Source of the DNA: Octopus vulgaris
Lineage: Eukaryota
Reading direction: 5' to 3'
NCBI GenBank assembly: GCA_951406725.2
Contig: OX597814.1
Span: 14,756,001-14,820,000, forward strand
DNA: 64,000 bases
The notes under the pieces are model-generated. The model worked only from the letters and a program-made list of their open reading frames with translations, had not been told where the DNA came from and did no database searches. Numbering within the stretch: the stretch's first letter is position 1; every line of letters starts with the position of its first letter. Of the stretch, positions 25,375 to 39,606 are shown in pieces. The translations under genes were made by a program, and so were the position numbers.

Positions 25375-26340
25375 AGCTTCAACCCAGAACTGTAAAAGTC
25401 TAGTAATCTAGAGTCAATAAATTCTTGGAAGGCCTGTTTTACAGCATCGTCGGAATAAAATTTTTTCCTATCAAGATGTTTATCCAAATTCTGGAATAAG
25501 TGGTAGTCAGTGGGGCTAAGATCAGGTGAGTATGGTGGATAATATAGAATCTTTTACTCCAACTCCTGTGGTTTCGCTAATGTCATTTCTCCGATGCGTA
25601 GTCTGGCGTTGTCTTGCAATAAAATAGGATTGGATTTGTTGACTAATCTAGACTGTTTTTTGTAAGTTTCTGCATCATTTGGTCTAGTTGGCTGCAGTAT
25701 TCTTCGGTCGTGATTGATATAGCCAGGTTTAATGAAATCATAATGGATCACACCTGAGCCAGCCAACCAAACACGCACCATCAGCTTCTTTTGATGAATT
25801 TTGCTTTTTCGATTGTTTTGATGGCTCGTTTTTGTACAGTCAATGTGCTGAACGTTTATGGTTGTTGTATTGGATCCATTTCTCATCACAAATTACAATT
25901 CGATTAAAAAATGATTCACTTTTATGACGAGAAAGTAGCATAATACAGGCTTCCAAACGTAGCTTTTTCTGATTTTCATTGAGTTCATGTGGAACCCACT
26001 TATCCAACTTTTTCACTTTACTGATTTGAACGAGGTAAGTCAATATCGTTTGCCTGCTAACACTAAACAACGATAATTTACGGCCGCTTTGAGATGGATC
26101 TGAATCGACGGTGGCTTTCAGTTCGCCATTGTTCACTTTTATTTCTGGTCGACCGCGTTGCACATCGGTGAGGTGAAAGTTACCAGAACGAAATTTTGCA
26201 AACCAATTTGATGCTGTCTGTTGTGTAATAACATTAGAATGAAATGCTCCACTAATATTCCGGGCAGTCTGTGATGCTGTATTTCCAAGAAAGAATTCAT
26301 ATTTCAAAACTGTACGAATTTTCTATTTACCCATCTCTAA
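25375..26340 (-). mobile_element. Mariner (DD34D) transposase pseudogene
   Basis: WFAKFRSG, WVPHEL, CDEKW, LQDNAR and YSPDLSPTDYHLF motifs across frameshifts. Confidence 0.9.
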
Positions 26341-26574
26341 ACCAAAATAGCAAAAAACGATTTATAAACACTTTATAATGTGCAAAATGAGGTAGAATAA
26401 AGAAATAGTTGCGTCAGCTTTCTAACAAAAATAAAGATTGTCAAAATATAATAATGGTGCAAAATGAGCAACTGTCAACGTTTACCATTTACATTATTTA
26501 CATTATTTACATTCGACAAATATTTTCTTCATCTTTGTTGTTAACACAATGTTGCGGCTGATATACCCTCCAGC

Positions 26575-27095
26575 AAAACGCACCCCGTCCAATGGACGGT
26601 GCTGAGTTGTCAAACATTTTAACCAAATTTTCTCAAAACAACTTGTCCGACCATCCCATAGGTCTCCCCGTTGAGAAACACCGATTTAACCTAAATTTGA
26701 GACACCAGCAAAAGAAGAAATAAAGATAGACTTTTTTTTCTATTCCAAGGAAAAACGATTTTATTCTCACAAATATGCAAAAGACTATATACTACATTTT
26801 GTGGCATTATTTCAACCCAGCCGGCGTTTTTTGCGCAAACTGCACGTGTATTTTCCTCGCGTACGCGTAGTATCGATCGCAACAGCTGATGTACTTGCGT
26901 GTACAAATGCAAGTTTCCACGGCTTTATCGATCGCATTCTCACCTGGAATCGATTTTTGTAATTTTTTCAAGACTTATACACGCCCTGATTCTGTCGGTA
27001 TCTACATATCAAATTTGAGCGCGATCAGATGGAGGATGCCCGAGATCCTAGAAGACACATACACAGACAGACAGAACGGATTTTATATAATATAT
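26575..27095 (-). mobile_element. Helitron-like non-autonomous element (related end at about 63897-63990)
   Basis: The terminal hairpin CCGTCCAATGGACGG and the ACAGACAGA..TTTTATATA end resemble the other Helitrons. Confidence 0.5.
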
Positions 27096-29424
27096 ATGTT
27101 GTACTGATCTGTTATTGGTTGGTTCATAAGAAATACTCCATCCAACGAGAGTGAAACATTGGTCAATACGTACAAGAATTAAATGTGAGCCATACTTCTG
27201 ACATTGCGAGCGTTGAAGCGGAAACGCTATTGCAGCTGTTAGCTGAGAAATACCAAGAAACAAGGAGAAAAACTTAGTACCGAAAGTTAAAAAAATCAAA
27301 ATCAAAAATATTAAAAGGAAACAAGTGGAAATGAATAGGATGAGAAATAAGAGTTGTGTCCCTTTAAACAGGAATTATTTTTATTTCTTTACTACCCACA
27401 AGGGGCTAAACGCAGAGAAGACAAACAAGAACAGACAAACGGATTAAGTCGATTATATCGCCCCCAGTGCGTAACTGGTACTTATTTAATCGACCCCGAA
27501 AGGATGAAAGGCAAAGTCGACCTCGGCGGAATTTGAACTCAGAACGTAACGGCAGATGAAATACGGCTACGCATTTCGCCCGCCGTGCTAACGTTTCTGC
27601 CAGTTGAATTATTGTTGTGTGAGTGAATTCGATCGTGAAAATTTTGTGAGGCTCTATGAAAAATTAATTCATTTTTAAACTGTACAGCTCATTGAAGTAG
27701 CTACTGTATTTCCATCAGTGGAAATGTGGGTTTAAGTTTATCGGCATGCAATTAATTTGACATGAAAATAAGTATGTTTTAAAGTTTATTATGATTTATT
27801 TATGCGCTATTAATATAACCCCTATACCGTCCATCGCATCCGTTCCTTACTCGCATAAGGTGACAAACTCTAGCTCACAGAAGTTCTGGGAGTCATCGAC
27901 TAATGTGACCATGGTTTAGACTCCCTACGGTAGCCGCCTCGCTCGAGGTTTGACCGCTGTTTCATGCAGATAGTTTCGTGGATCCTTTAGCGGAAGCTGG
28001 GTGTGAGGTGAGACACAAAGCGAGCGAATTACATACAAGAACATCTCATGTACCGCCGTCAGAGTTACTCGCCCTTTCAGACAATCCTTCTGTCACATTG
28101 CAGGGGCACAATAAAAACAGGAACGGAGCAACTTCTCGCCGTCACTTTCAACGCTCAACCAGTGCCCGAATTGCGAAGGTAGTGACTTCTGGATACACAT
28201 TGGTCTTATAGTCCAAGGCCGGAGTAACCGTGTTCCGTTTTCTCCAGCCATGTGATTTTCTTGCTTATGTATTTGATTTATATCACGCAACTACGGAGTT
28301 TAATTTCCATATAGAATTTGGTTTACGAAGGATTTTATTGTTTTGTTTGCAAAAACAGTTTGAGTCTTTGAGCTAAACTTTTATTACGTTCTAGGTGTGT
28401 TTCATAAGGTTCTTTGATGCTTATTTATGTTCCCAATTTTGCATGTTGTCAAATAAAATCTGAAATTCTGAATTCATTAGTTAGTAGGTAACATGTAAAT
28501 TATGACGGTATTCCTTATCATACTGAGAAAAAGTAATCTGTAAAATGTGGAATTTGAAATTTTTCATGTTTGTATACCTCTTGAAGTAGTTGTTATCGTA
28601 ACACGTAAAGCAAATTGAAAACGATTTGTCGAGTACTTCTTCGATTCTTGTCTCAGTTCGTTCGTATCAGTGGTGAATATATACTGTGTCGTACTGGCGA
28701 AGTAATAGATTTAAATTTATACCTGGAGTATAAATTTAAGGCGCAGGAGTGGCTGTGTGGTAAGTAACTTGCTTACCAACCACATGGTTCCGGGTTCAGT
28801 CCCACTGCGTGGCACCTTGGGCAAGTGTCTTCTAATATAGCCTCGGGCCAACCAAAGCCTTGTAAGTGGATTTGGTAGACGGAAACTGAAAGAAGCCCGT
28901 CGTATATATGTATGTATATATATATGTGTGTGTGTATGTTTGTGTGTCTGTGTTTGTCCCCGTAGCATTGCTTGACAACCGATGCTGGTGTGTTTACGTC
29001 CCTGTCACTTAGCGGTTCGGCAAAAAAGACCGATAGAATAAGTACTGGGCTTACAAAGAATAAGTCCTGGGGTCGATTTGCTCGACTAAAGGCGGTGCTC
29101 CAGCATGGCCGCAGTCAAATGACTGAAACAAGTAAAAGAGTAAAAGAGGATTAAATGAGACGGTCTTCATATGCCTGTTTCGTAGTCGCAGAGACGAGGT
29201 CAAATTGTATAAACGGTGATAGTATTAAATCAAAAGTACTCTTCCTTCCATTGTGGAGGAGGAAAACTGCTTCAGGAAATTTAATTGCATATATTCTGGA
29301 TAAGTGCATTTATTTGTGTTCAGCTGTCCATGCAGTCGGTGAGTGGAGATTTACAGGTTTTATTCAGGTCAGAGAATGAAAATATGAACAAAAGAAAGGA
29401 CACGTTATGTATTGAAATATATTT

Positions 29425-29430
29425 TTTATT
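29425..29430 (-). terminator. Putative polyadenylation signal, IL-17 copy 2
   Basis: Paralogous AATAAA with the GU-rich downstream element. Confidence 0.55.
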
Positions 29431-30315
29431 GATATTAGGATCCACTTTTTTACAATAAAATAAACATATGACACAAATTAAAATATATATATTTCATGTC
29501 TTGAATTATGGAACAGCAACAGAAAAATATATTTAAACGCTTTTACAATCATTCTATGGATGATAAATATAATTCTATATATATAAATTGGAAAAATTAA
29601 ATAAGATATTAAAAAACAAAATTATTTTTTTCAGTTACAGTGACATATACATATATATGTGTGTGTGAGCATCTGTGTGCCTGCAAATACACATACACAC
29701 AAACAGACACTGACGCCTACATCCGCTCACACACATATATGAAACTATGTTAAAATATATACAAAAATATAGATAAAATGTTTTTCAAATTTATATAACG
29801 GTTAGAATTAAATATTTATGTAAATATTACACAAACGTTATTATTAGTGAGAATGAACTGGTGAACTGAGTACTAGTTTTTAAGTAACTAAATGAGATGG
29901 ATATAGATTCTGAGATTCTTGCTCTTATCAGTAATCTCCCCTTACCGATCACGTGATCATCGATTACGAGGAAGTGTCATGTCAAATTTTCATGGACGTT
30001 AGCTTCTCTGTATGAATTAATTTGTGAATATAAAATTGATTTGTAAAAGGATAAGCAATGATTTGAACGAAAGCATGTAAGTATAAACTGTTGCATAGTA
30101 AAATTAATTCATGAAGAAATTTGTGAAACGGGTGTAATCCTACGAAAATCAGGAGTAAAATATAATATATATTCATCTGTGATGCCTCCTAAATATATAT
30201 GTCTCTCTCTCTCTATATATCTCTCTCTGTATGTATGTATGTATGTATGTATGTATGTATGTATGTATGTATGTATGTATGTATGTATGTATGTATGTAT
30301 GTATGTATGTATGTA

Positions 30316-30358
<43 letters not shown>

Positions 30359-31375
30359 ACACACAAACTATACATACACAGATAAATAAAACCCAAACAA
30401 AGTTAGGTACGCACTACTTCACATTTATGCATTTATCGTTTTTGAAAGTTCTATTTACATTCTTGAAAAGTTACTGAAATGGAATGAAATGTTGTTCATT
30501 ATTACAATTATGTTCCGTAGTTATGCTTTCATATATACGACAGAATGCTAGCACAGTAGGATAACATGTGCATTGGAATGTGTGTGAATGGACGGTTCTT
30601 ATAATGAGGATCAACCTTCGAGATCGGAGTATTTAATGTTAGGAACATGTAACGTATATGTAAACATATTCAATACCATTTATCAGTTTCAAATATTTAT
30701 ATAAAAAGAAACTTGATATAGGTTTAGGTAAAAAAAAAAAAGAAATATTAATGATGAGTTAAATATGATAATAACTAAGATAAGAGTTCCCTTCAGTGTT
30801 TACTATAATAGAAAAAAAAGCAAAATTATTTACAACAAATATGTCTGAACAACATTTAGGAAACAAAACTAGTTTTTGCCAATATATGCATGTAATAACG
30901 TGTGTATGTATGTATGTATGTATGTATGTATGTATGTATGTATGTATGTATGTATGTATGTATGTATGTGTGTATGTATGCATGTATGTATGTATGCATG
31001 TATGTATGTACGTATTTTCAAATATATACTTATGTACATGTAAATATATGCGTATTTCAATACACATATATATTTATATTTGTATGTGTGTATGTATGTG
31101 TGTGTGTGTGTATGTGTCTATGTGTGTGAGTCTGTCTGTGTGTGTTTGTGTGTATGTATACAAACAAAGAGAGACAGCGAGAAAGAAATGAATAGCGTGA
31201 GAGCACGCATTTAATTATTTACGGTTGTATAATTCTGTGTGTGTGTGTGTGCATCTTTCGTATAACAACCACACAGTGGTTTACTTAAACTTTCATAACA
31301 TTGTGAAAAAATCTTGTGTTACACACATTTGAATGTTTGATGATGTTGGCCGATATTACGACTATCGTTGTCATT

Positions 31376-31879
31376 TCATCCGGATATTACATCGATTATC
31401 CGGGCGCACACACAGGCTGTGGCTACCTGGATGACACTTGGTTTATAAACGTACAGTCCGTCAACACATTCAGCTGTGCGTTTCAGGACAGTCATTGAAG
31501 TATACACCATCACACATTGGTGGTTACTGTCGGAGTCCAGACACTCTGTACAGCGACACACGACTTCAGTGTGGGATGAAGGAAAATATGTTGAATTGTG
31601 GGTAATTTTCAGGTACCATGGGCAGGTTGAACGCTCGCGAATGATATCACTAGATACGGAAGATGTTGGGCAAATTTTATCCTGTTCAGTTAGTGCTGGT
31701 TGGTCACTTCCCGCTGGAGTTATTTCAACTGGTAGAAAAAAGTTATTGCCGTTCGCTGTGCTGTATAGTTTCTCATATTGGACTTTCAAATCATTTGGTA
31801 TTTTACATTGAGTCGGAATTGACGCCGAAGATATGAACAATACGCCGTTGGTGAGGAGGATCACAACCCGGAGGAGAAC
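31376..31879 (-). CDS. IL17: Interleukin-17-like cytokine copy 2, exon 2 (shorter C-terminus)
   Basis: Same cysteine pattern as copy 1, with acceptor cacgcag|GTT. The signal peptide has a one-codon deletion, and TGA replaces a Gly codon before the acidic tail. Confidence 0.9.
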   Translation of the reverse strand, partial: VLLRVVILLTNGVLFISSASIPTQCKIPNDLKVQYEKLYSTANGNNFFLPVEITPAGSDQPALTEQDKICPTSSVSSDIIRERSTCPWYLKITHNSTYFPSSHTEVVCRCTECLDSDSNHQCVMVYTSMTVLKRTAECVDGLYVYKPSVIQVATACVCARIIDVISG

Positions 31880-32134
31880 CTGCGTGATATAAAATGTTTA
31901 TGTGAGGATGAGTAATTACATTTCAATATGGCCCACAGCTAAATGAATAAAACAAATCAAGAATAATATATTACATCTATAGCACACATAAATTCACTCT
32001 CTCTCTCTCTCTCTCACAAAAACACGCACCGACTCACAGACTTATACACAAAGGAACTCACTTATACACGCACACACACTCACACACAAATACACACGCA
32101 CATGCACACTCACAATCACACACAATCACCCACA

Positions 32135-32214
32135 CCTGAAAAAACGAAACTTATGAGATTACATAGAGCACTATCTTTTGAATTTCTGCCATTTTTGGGT
32201 TTCTTGTTATCTGA

Positions 32215-32246
<32 letters not shown>

Positions 32247-32254
32247 GGACTTGA

Positions 32255-32309
<55 letters not shown>

Positions 32310-33473
32310 CTTGATAATCGTGTAGAGGAAGTTGTTTTACACCAATTATACTATTTTTTCCTTTTTTCCGGCCCGGGTCAAACACTATAGTTTAAAGGCC
32401 ATGGACTGAAGATGTGAATTTTCCGAGTCCTCTCCCCCACCCCCTTTCGCGAGCGCGCATTTCTTTGTCATATTCGTTCAGAAGAAGCTGTTTTACACAT
32501 ATATTACACTATTTTTTTTTTGTTTTGGTGCCCGGGTCAGATCCTCAGACGCTTTCAGAAATTCACGATGTGAATTTTCCGAGGCCTCTCCCCTCACCCC
32601 CCTTTCACGAGCGCGCATTTTGTTGGGGTCATATTCGTTTAGAGGAAGTTGTTTTACGCCTATTACACTATATATATATTTTTGTTTTTATGACCGGGTC
32701 AAACGCTTTAGTTTGACCCCTCTCCTTTCGAAAACCTGAACAGTTTCGAAACATTGTTTACAAAATAATAGCTGATCGTTTGCGAAGGAGCGTGTCTACA
32801 GTCAACACGTAGGTCTTTTGCTCTGGTAACCTCTGCTCTCTCCCATGTTCACGCACGACCAGTTATATATCGCTATGAGTAGAGCATGGGATTCAGCTAA
32901 TTTGGAATTTGGTTGTGGAGAAACGAAGAATATCGTTTATGTTGCCCGTATATATATACGCGCAACACACACAAATATTGCATACATGTGTCTTTTACGC
33001 ATACATGCTCGTGTGTGTGTATGTGTAACTGAAGCCATTCACACATACATACATACATACATACATACATACATACATACATACATACATACATACATAC
33101 ATGCATGCATACATACATACATACATACATACATACATACATACATACATACATAACAACACCTCTCTGTCTGTTATTGCCAGTAAAAAGACGAAATTTT
33201 AAAAGTTTGCTATCTCTCTCTATCTCTCTCCCTCTTCCTCCCTCTCTTTACACTGTCGCTTGGAGGGGACTTAACTCATGTTTGCTTTGTAAACAATGGT
33301 AGCTTTCGCCATCGTAAAAATTTAGAAGTTATGGCACAAAATAATTTACCGCTATTCGCGGGTGTCTCGGGGGAAAATAATTTGACGAAAATACAGCTAG
33401 GATCGTGACGAATGTCCTCCTAAAATTTGAGCGGCATGCGTGCTAATTTGTGGATGTGCATAAATTACAAAAA

Positions 33474-33516
<43 letters not shown>

Positions 33517-33535
33517 TGCCTTATATATATACAGA
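32135..33535. mobile_element. Helitron-derived composite in the IL-17 copy 2 intron, with a Pif1 helicase remnant
   Basis: PMFTHDQLYIAMSRA (compare FSHGQLYVALSR) and TKNIVY at about 32842-32940. Hairpin GTTGCCCG..CGCGCAAC. The part at 32950-33470 resembles 23945-24360. Confidence 0.7.
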
Positions 33536-34895
33536 TTAGAGGGCACTCGTAATGTGTAGATCGAATGTAAAGTACGCTGCTGCTATATTAACATTTCTCT
33601 TTTCCTCCCACCTACACATCTACAACTATTGCTCACTAATATTCTCTTTTTTAAATTCTAACCTTGAAATTTACTCCTCCTCCCGCTACTCTCTAATTAA
33701 ATACCTCACAACTCCTCCTAACGCACGTAGTTCTCCAGAAAATCATTCCGCCCTGAATATCCTTTCTGTCATCGCCTAAAATCTAAGAGTACAAACTGAA
33801 GACGGAGGCTAGCATTATTCATCGATGTAATAAGTTAACAATCATTATTTTGGACAACGCACCCCCACCCACAGAAACAGAAGTTGGTCTCGTAAATCTC
33901 TTATTCAACCGCTTTAATTGCTGATATCATTTCTATTCTGTGTAATTCGGACCTTTTTGTATATAAACATATATATATACATTATTTGTATGAAATGTAA
34001 TTACTTTATTTTGTATATCGACATGACTAATTAGCTTATCATTATATTTACAGCTCTACGTGCTCAAGGATAAACCTCTTGAGCACTCCGAAGTGTGAAC
34101 TATGCGGAGAATATATAATTCCCATCTATAAACTATATAAATATATAGCTCAGTGGTTAGAGCATCGGACTCACAATACCGAGGTCCTCAGTTCGATTTC
34201 CGGGCCGGGCTGTGTGTTGCATTCTTGAGCAAAACACAATATTTGATATTGGTCCAATCCCCTCAGCTGTAGAAATGAGGTACGATATCACTGGTGCCAA
34301 GCGGTGTGAGCATTTACCTTTCCCCTTTAAACCATCGATTGCATTGTGAGGGGAAGCTGGTATGCAGTGAGAGGATTCATACATCGCTGAAGAACCTTCT
34401 CGGAAAAATCCCATGGATATTCAGGACGAAAGGGGTTCTTTACTTTAACCAATATATAACTAAATAGATAGAAAAATGAATACGCACATTATGCGTTTCA
34501 TATCCTTATGTTTTGAGGTTCTTTAAAACATTCGCACTAATTCTACTTTAACACCAGCCAAATTCGCACTCTCGCATACTCGACTGCAATTTTAGATAAA
34601 TTAGAATTGGGAACAATGAATTGCATGTTATTAATAAATGTGTAAAAGTATACGAAGTCACTTATAAATATATATATGTGTGTATGAAAGCAAAGAATTA
34701 GATCAATATACTAAAGCCTTAAAAATACGCCTCAAATGTATAATAACAATAACAATCAGAGTAAGTTATTTCTGCAAAAGAATCCACTCGTTTGAACAAA
34801 GGTAAATTTTAACATGAATGAAACAAGAGTAAAGATAGAAACGAAACTAAAGATATAAATGTAACAGTTAATATTAACAATGTATGTTTACTTAC

Positions 34896-34910
34896 GTTGG
34901 TGGTATTCAT
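34896..34910 (-). CDS. IL17: IL-17 copy 2, coding part of exon 1 (MNTTN)
   Basis: ATGAATACCACCAAC|gtaagt. Confidence 0.85.
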
Positions 34911-35047
34911 TATAATGGTTGGTCACTTGGAATGGAAAGAACGACAATATTATTTTATATATATATATATATCATCAAACAAAGCTTGTGCGTGTTATCT
35001 TTTTAAAATGATATTGGCTCGTGATGATTCCAGCTACTCTGAGGTTT

Positions 35048-35082
35048 CTTATATATATAATATTTGACGCAGTGGAATTACC
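35048..35082 (-). promoter_or_regulatory. IL-17 copy 2 core promoter: TATA box plus kappaB-like site
   Basis: TATATAAG at 35048-35055, TGGAATTACC at 35073-35082, and a TGACG half-CRE between them. Confidence 0.6.
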
Positions 35083-35403
35083 ATATGTAATAGAGCTTAA
35101 GCAAAACAAAAGAAATTATAAATATAAATGGGAGGAACTAACTAAAATTACGGAAAATTTTACCTCCAGTAAAGTGAAGGTTTTTCTATTTTCAAATTAA
35201 TCACGCCCTACATAACTCGGAGAACGTCTGAAGTAACCAGGATATAGCTTATAATTTGTTTCCTCTTTTACCTGTTAATCAAATGTTGTGCGGTGTCAGT
35301 TGTCTTAATACAGGCGAACTTAGTAAAATATTGTGTTATGTAGTTTCCCATTCTGTTTTTAATATACCTTATTATTTCTCATGCCTATTTTATGAATCAT
35401 TTA

Positions 35404-35479
<76 letters not shown>

Positions 35480-35503
35480 GTCTGTCTTCTATCTATCTGT
35501 CTG

Positions 35504-35539
<36 letters not shown>

Positions 35540-36784
35540 CAGGGTTTGGGCAAAATAATGGAAATATTTTAAAATTTCAAACATATTTATTTTAATATGG
35601 CGCAGGACCACCTTTCGCAGTAATTACAGTTTGAATTCTACGAGGTATGGACTCGTACAAAGTCTGAATTGTTTCCAAAGGAGTTTTTGTCCATTCTTCA
35701 GCTAAAACAGTCACCAGTTTTAGACTTGATAATGCTGGAGGATATCGACTCTTTACATCTTTTTCTAAAATGCACCATAAGCGTTAAATAATATTGAGGT
35801 CAAGGGAGTGTGGTAGCCAGATAAGACGTTCAACTTCACTAGAATATTCCTCAGCCATTCAGTAACAATTTCAGCTGTGGGAATTGGTGCATTATCATCC
35901 TGAAAAACTGCGTTTCATTCCGGAAACAGTTCCGCAACCATAGGATGAATTTGATCAGATAAAATGCTTAAATAATCTTGACTATTAATTCCGCCGCGAA
36001 GGGAAACGATTGGGCCGGCAGATTTCCAAGATCCAACCCCCTCACGCAGATCATCAGAGATCCTCCTCCATGTTTAACAGCTGGAAGAAGGCAGTTTGAG
36101 CCAACTGATTCTTTTAGCTTTCTCCAACCGTATACTCGGCCAGTGGTCGGAAATTAGGTAAAGGATGACTCGTCCAAGAAAATAACATTCTTCCACTGCT
36201 CTAGAGACCTATTCTGTAAGTTTTTACTCCACTCTAAACGCTTTGCAGCGTTTGTTTTTGAAAGTAGTGATTTTCTGATTGCAGCCCTCCCGTGAAATCC
36301 GGCTTTGTGCAGCTCCCGGCGAACTGTTTTTATGGAAACTGGGTTCTCGATGTGGTTACTAAGCTCTGAAGTAATTTTGGAAGCTGTACTTTTGTTACCC
36401 TTCCTAACAATTCGCGTAAATGTCCGACGGTCTCTATCTCAAAGTTTTGGTTTTCTTCCGTTTTTTTTTTTTTTGTTTTTTTTTTTCAAAAGCTGTCATT
36501 ACTTTCGAGACAGTTCTTCATACACCAAGCATTTTGGCTGTTTTCGTTACGCTAGTGGCTTCCATACGAAACCAACAATATGACCTCTTTGAAGGTCCAA
36601 TAGATCTGTCATTTTAATGAATTTCAATTACGTTTTCTGATTGATAACTGAAAAAAAAACAGCAATTTAAGCAAAACATACTAAGAAACACTAATAATAA
36701 ATAAAAAAATAAAGAAGCTTCTGACGGTTTTATAGATATTTCAAAATTATGATGCTATGAGTTTCCAGCATTTTGTCCAACCCC

Positions 36785-36786
<2 letters not shown>
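35540..36786 (-). mobile_element. Tc1-family transposon paralogous to 10711-12362
   Basis: Same TIRs and same position in (ATCT)n upstream of IL-17. It lacks the nested SINE. Confidence 0.88.
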
Positions 36787-36874
<88 letters not shown>

Positions 36875-36934
36875 CTACCAACCGACCTACCAACCGACCT
36901 ACCTACCTACTTACCTACCTACCTGCCTTCCTAT

Positions 36935-38075
36935 CAGGAAACGCTACAATATTCACGATAGACTCGGTTGTTAAACCGACTCGTCCCACATGCGATAGCA
37001 GTCGTTCGACATAGGCCCACAGGTCGGAAATGGTTGGACACTGTACGAGAGCGTGCAGGATGGTTTCGTCGCTCTGACCGCATCTCGGATAGGTCAGCTC
37101 CGTTTTTCTAGAGCCATGCCGGTAGAGATTATCCCGAATGGGTAGCGCTTCTCGATAGCACTGCCAGGCCAGGGATCTCTGGAAGTTCTCCATAGATCCC
37201 TGGCCTGACAGTGCTATTGAGAAGCGCTACCCGTTCAGGATAATCTCTACCGGCATGGCTCGAGAAACACGGGACCGAACTGTCCGAGATGCGGTCAGAG
37301 CGATGAAACCGTCCTGCACGCACTCGTACAGTGTCTAACCATTTCCGACCTGTGGGCCTATGTCAAACGACTGCTATCGCGTGTGGGATGAATCGGTTTA
37401 TCAACCGAATCTATCGTGAATATTGTCGCGCCTCTTTCCTTGAAACGGGAAGGACGAGCCATTTTCATTGTACTTGTGGCTATGGCGAAAGAATGTGTAT
37501 GGTGGGCGCGTCTGAAAGGTCTAGTGACAAACACTTTCCTCTTTGGTCAATCTCCCATCAGCTTCTTCAAGTACCACTTGAAGAGGAAGGTGATAGTAGA
37601 GAGGGAATTTTGTCTAGTGAATGTTTCAAAAACAGATGAATGAATGTAGCAAGGATGGCACGTGTGAATGACGGAGCCAGCTTGAGCATAATCCTATGAA
37701 CCAAAAGAAAAAAAAAAACGAAATGAAAAAAGAGAGCCACTTACTGTAATATATTTTCTTTTTGCCTGACACTATTGCCCAATGTTCCCGTGGTCTTTTC
37801 CGTAGACTTTTCTATCCACGGACAAACCTAATCTGTCTTCCCTTTTTACATTGACATTTCTCTGATATACGATCCCTATTGATCGGCCCCACTTTTTTTC
37901 ACGATACCTTTTGATCGGAATTCGCCCACCCTTTTTTTTAGTTTGATTTATTTTATTTTTATTTATTTATTATTTTTTAACTTAAATTTTGTTTTTTCTT
38001 TTTCTTCTTCCCAACAAGAAAAGCTCTACTTTGTATTTTGTCTCTTCTGTGTTCAGCCCTGCGTAGCCAATAAAG
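36935..38075 (+). mobile_element. L1/Tx1-clade LINE 3' fragment with an inverted duplicated 5' part
   Basis: 36935-37200 is antisense and 37200-38075 is sense. Both contain the LPxRDNLYRHG region. Confidence 0.82.
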
Positions 38076-38097
38076 AATTATATCTATCTATCTATCA

Positions 38098-38188
<91 letters not shown>

Positions 38189-38207
38189 CATATACATACA
38201 TATATAT

Positions 38208-38254
<47 letters not shown>

Positions 38255-38498
38255 TGTGTGTGTGTGTGTTCGAATGTGTCTGTGTAGGTAGTCTCGAAAT
38301 TGACAAAGGGCGCTAAACAGCACCAGTATTGCTAGAGATAAGCGTCCAAACAACTCAATCGCCACGGGCGGACAAGGGTGGTGGGAAACATACAAATACC
38401 CAGTTTCGATAATGGCATGAAACTGGGTGTTAGTATTTTTGGTCCGTAACTGAGGAAGGATTAGTGTCCTTGTGCCTGCCCTAACTGTAAGTTTTGTA

Positions 38499-38552
<54 letters not shown>

Positions 38553-38560
<8 letters not shown>

Positions 38561-38902
38561 ATTAGAGATAAAACCACCATTAGGCAAATCAAACACTGAA
38601 AAACATAAGCCAATACATAAAATTAATTTAAAATATAAAAGTTAAAAATAAAAAAATTATTTAAATAATTTAAACTTATAAATTTTATATATATATATAT
38701 GTATCTATGTATATTTTTATTTATAACTTTTATATTTTAAATTAATTTTATGTATTGGCTTAAGTTTTTCACTGTTTGATTTGCCTAATGGTGGTTATAT
38801 CTCTAATTTAATATAATATAATATATTTATACTATAAAATTGGATTTAATCCTAAATCTAATTTTTCCCTGTAAGTTTGGATTTATTCCCTAATATTATT
38901 AT

Positions 38903-38910
<8 letters not shown>
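38553..38910. repeat. AT-rich inverted-repeat element (family also at 40325-40650 and 47415-48050)
   Basis: Arms TTAAATTAGAGATAAAACCACCATTAGGCAAATC and their reverse complement. Confidence 0.8.
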
Positions 38911-38954
<44 letters not shown>

Positions 38955-39606
38955 GGGCGCCCTCGCCGGCCCGCCCGCCCGCGTGTATTTGTACAAGCTT
39001 GTATCAAAATATAAGAGTATAAATATACAAAATTATGTGTAAGAAAACCAGAACAGATTGCATTTCAATCAATCTCTAAGATCGTTTTAAAGGATGCTGC
39101 TTCGCCTCGTTAATATATATTCCATTTAGGAAATCAAACGGCAACACTTTTTCATCAGGAGAAAACTTCAAATTTCTGGTTTGTTATATTTATACTCTTG
39201 CATAATATTTATATATATTTCTATTTATATTATTTAGCTCCATTGCTTTAAATTTTGGGTTGCTTTTATTATGCATGAATTTATATCATATTTTTCTTCA
39301 TTCGACCTCACTCATATTACCCTTTTAGGTTTATCACATTTTATTCGTGTATATGTGTATATTTTATACGGCTGGGTTTTACCATTGGATGCCCTAATAT
39401 TTTAATATATATTTGTATTCGAGTTTGATAATTTGGAAATAGTATAAAGTTGTTTTGACCAACTGGAGTGTTTATACATTATACCTTTCAATTTATTTCT
39501 CCATTCGCCTCGGTGACACCTGAGCACTTCCAGCCGCAGTCCTATATTTATCCTTGCGCTACGAAGCTATAACGAAGCTATAAAAAAAATCATCCTCTTA
39601 TATATA

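Noticed and set aside
31476-31811. Plus-strand ORFs antisense to IL-17 exons (also 54160-54381)
   Set aside because: These are shadow ORFs of the coding strand and are not conserved in length among copies.
34157-34414. Intronic ORF MGFFREGSSAMYESS shared by copies 2 and 3 as an extra exon
   Set aside because: It overlaps a decayed SINE, is absent in copy 1, and has no evident splice signals.
34386-34440. CUGAAGA...CGAAAG hammerhead candidate (also about 56508)
   Set aside because: It folds as one hairpin (GAACCTTCTCG/CGAAAGGGGTTC) with no stem I or NUH arrangement.
38449-38480. CUGAGGA-AGGA..UCCU hammerhead candidate
   Set aside because: No GAAA follows stem II.
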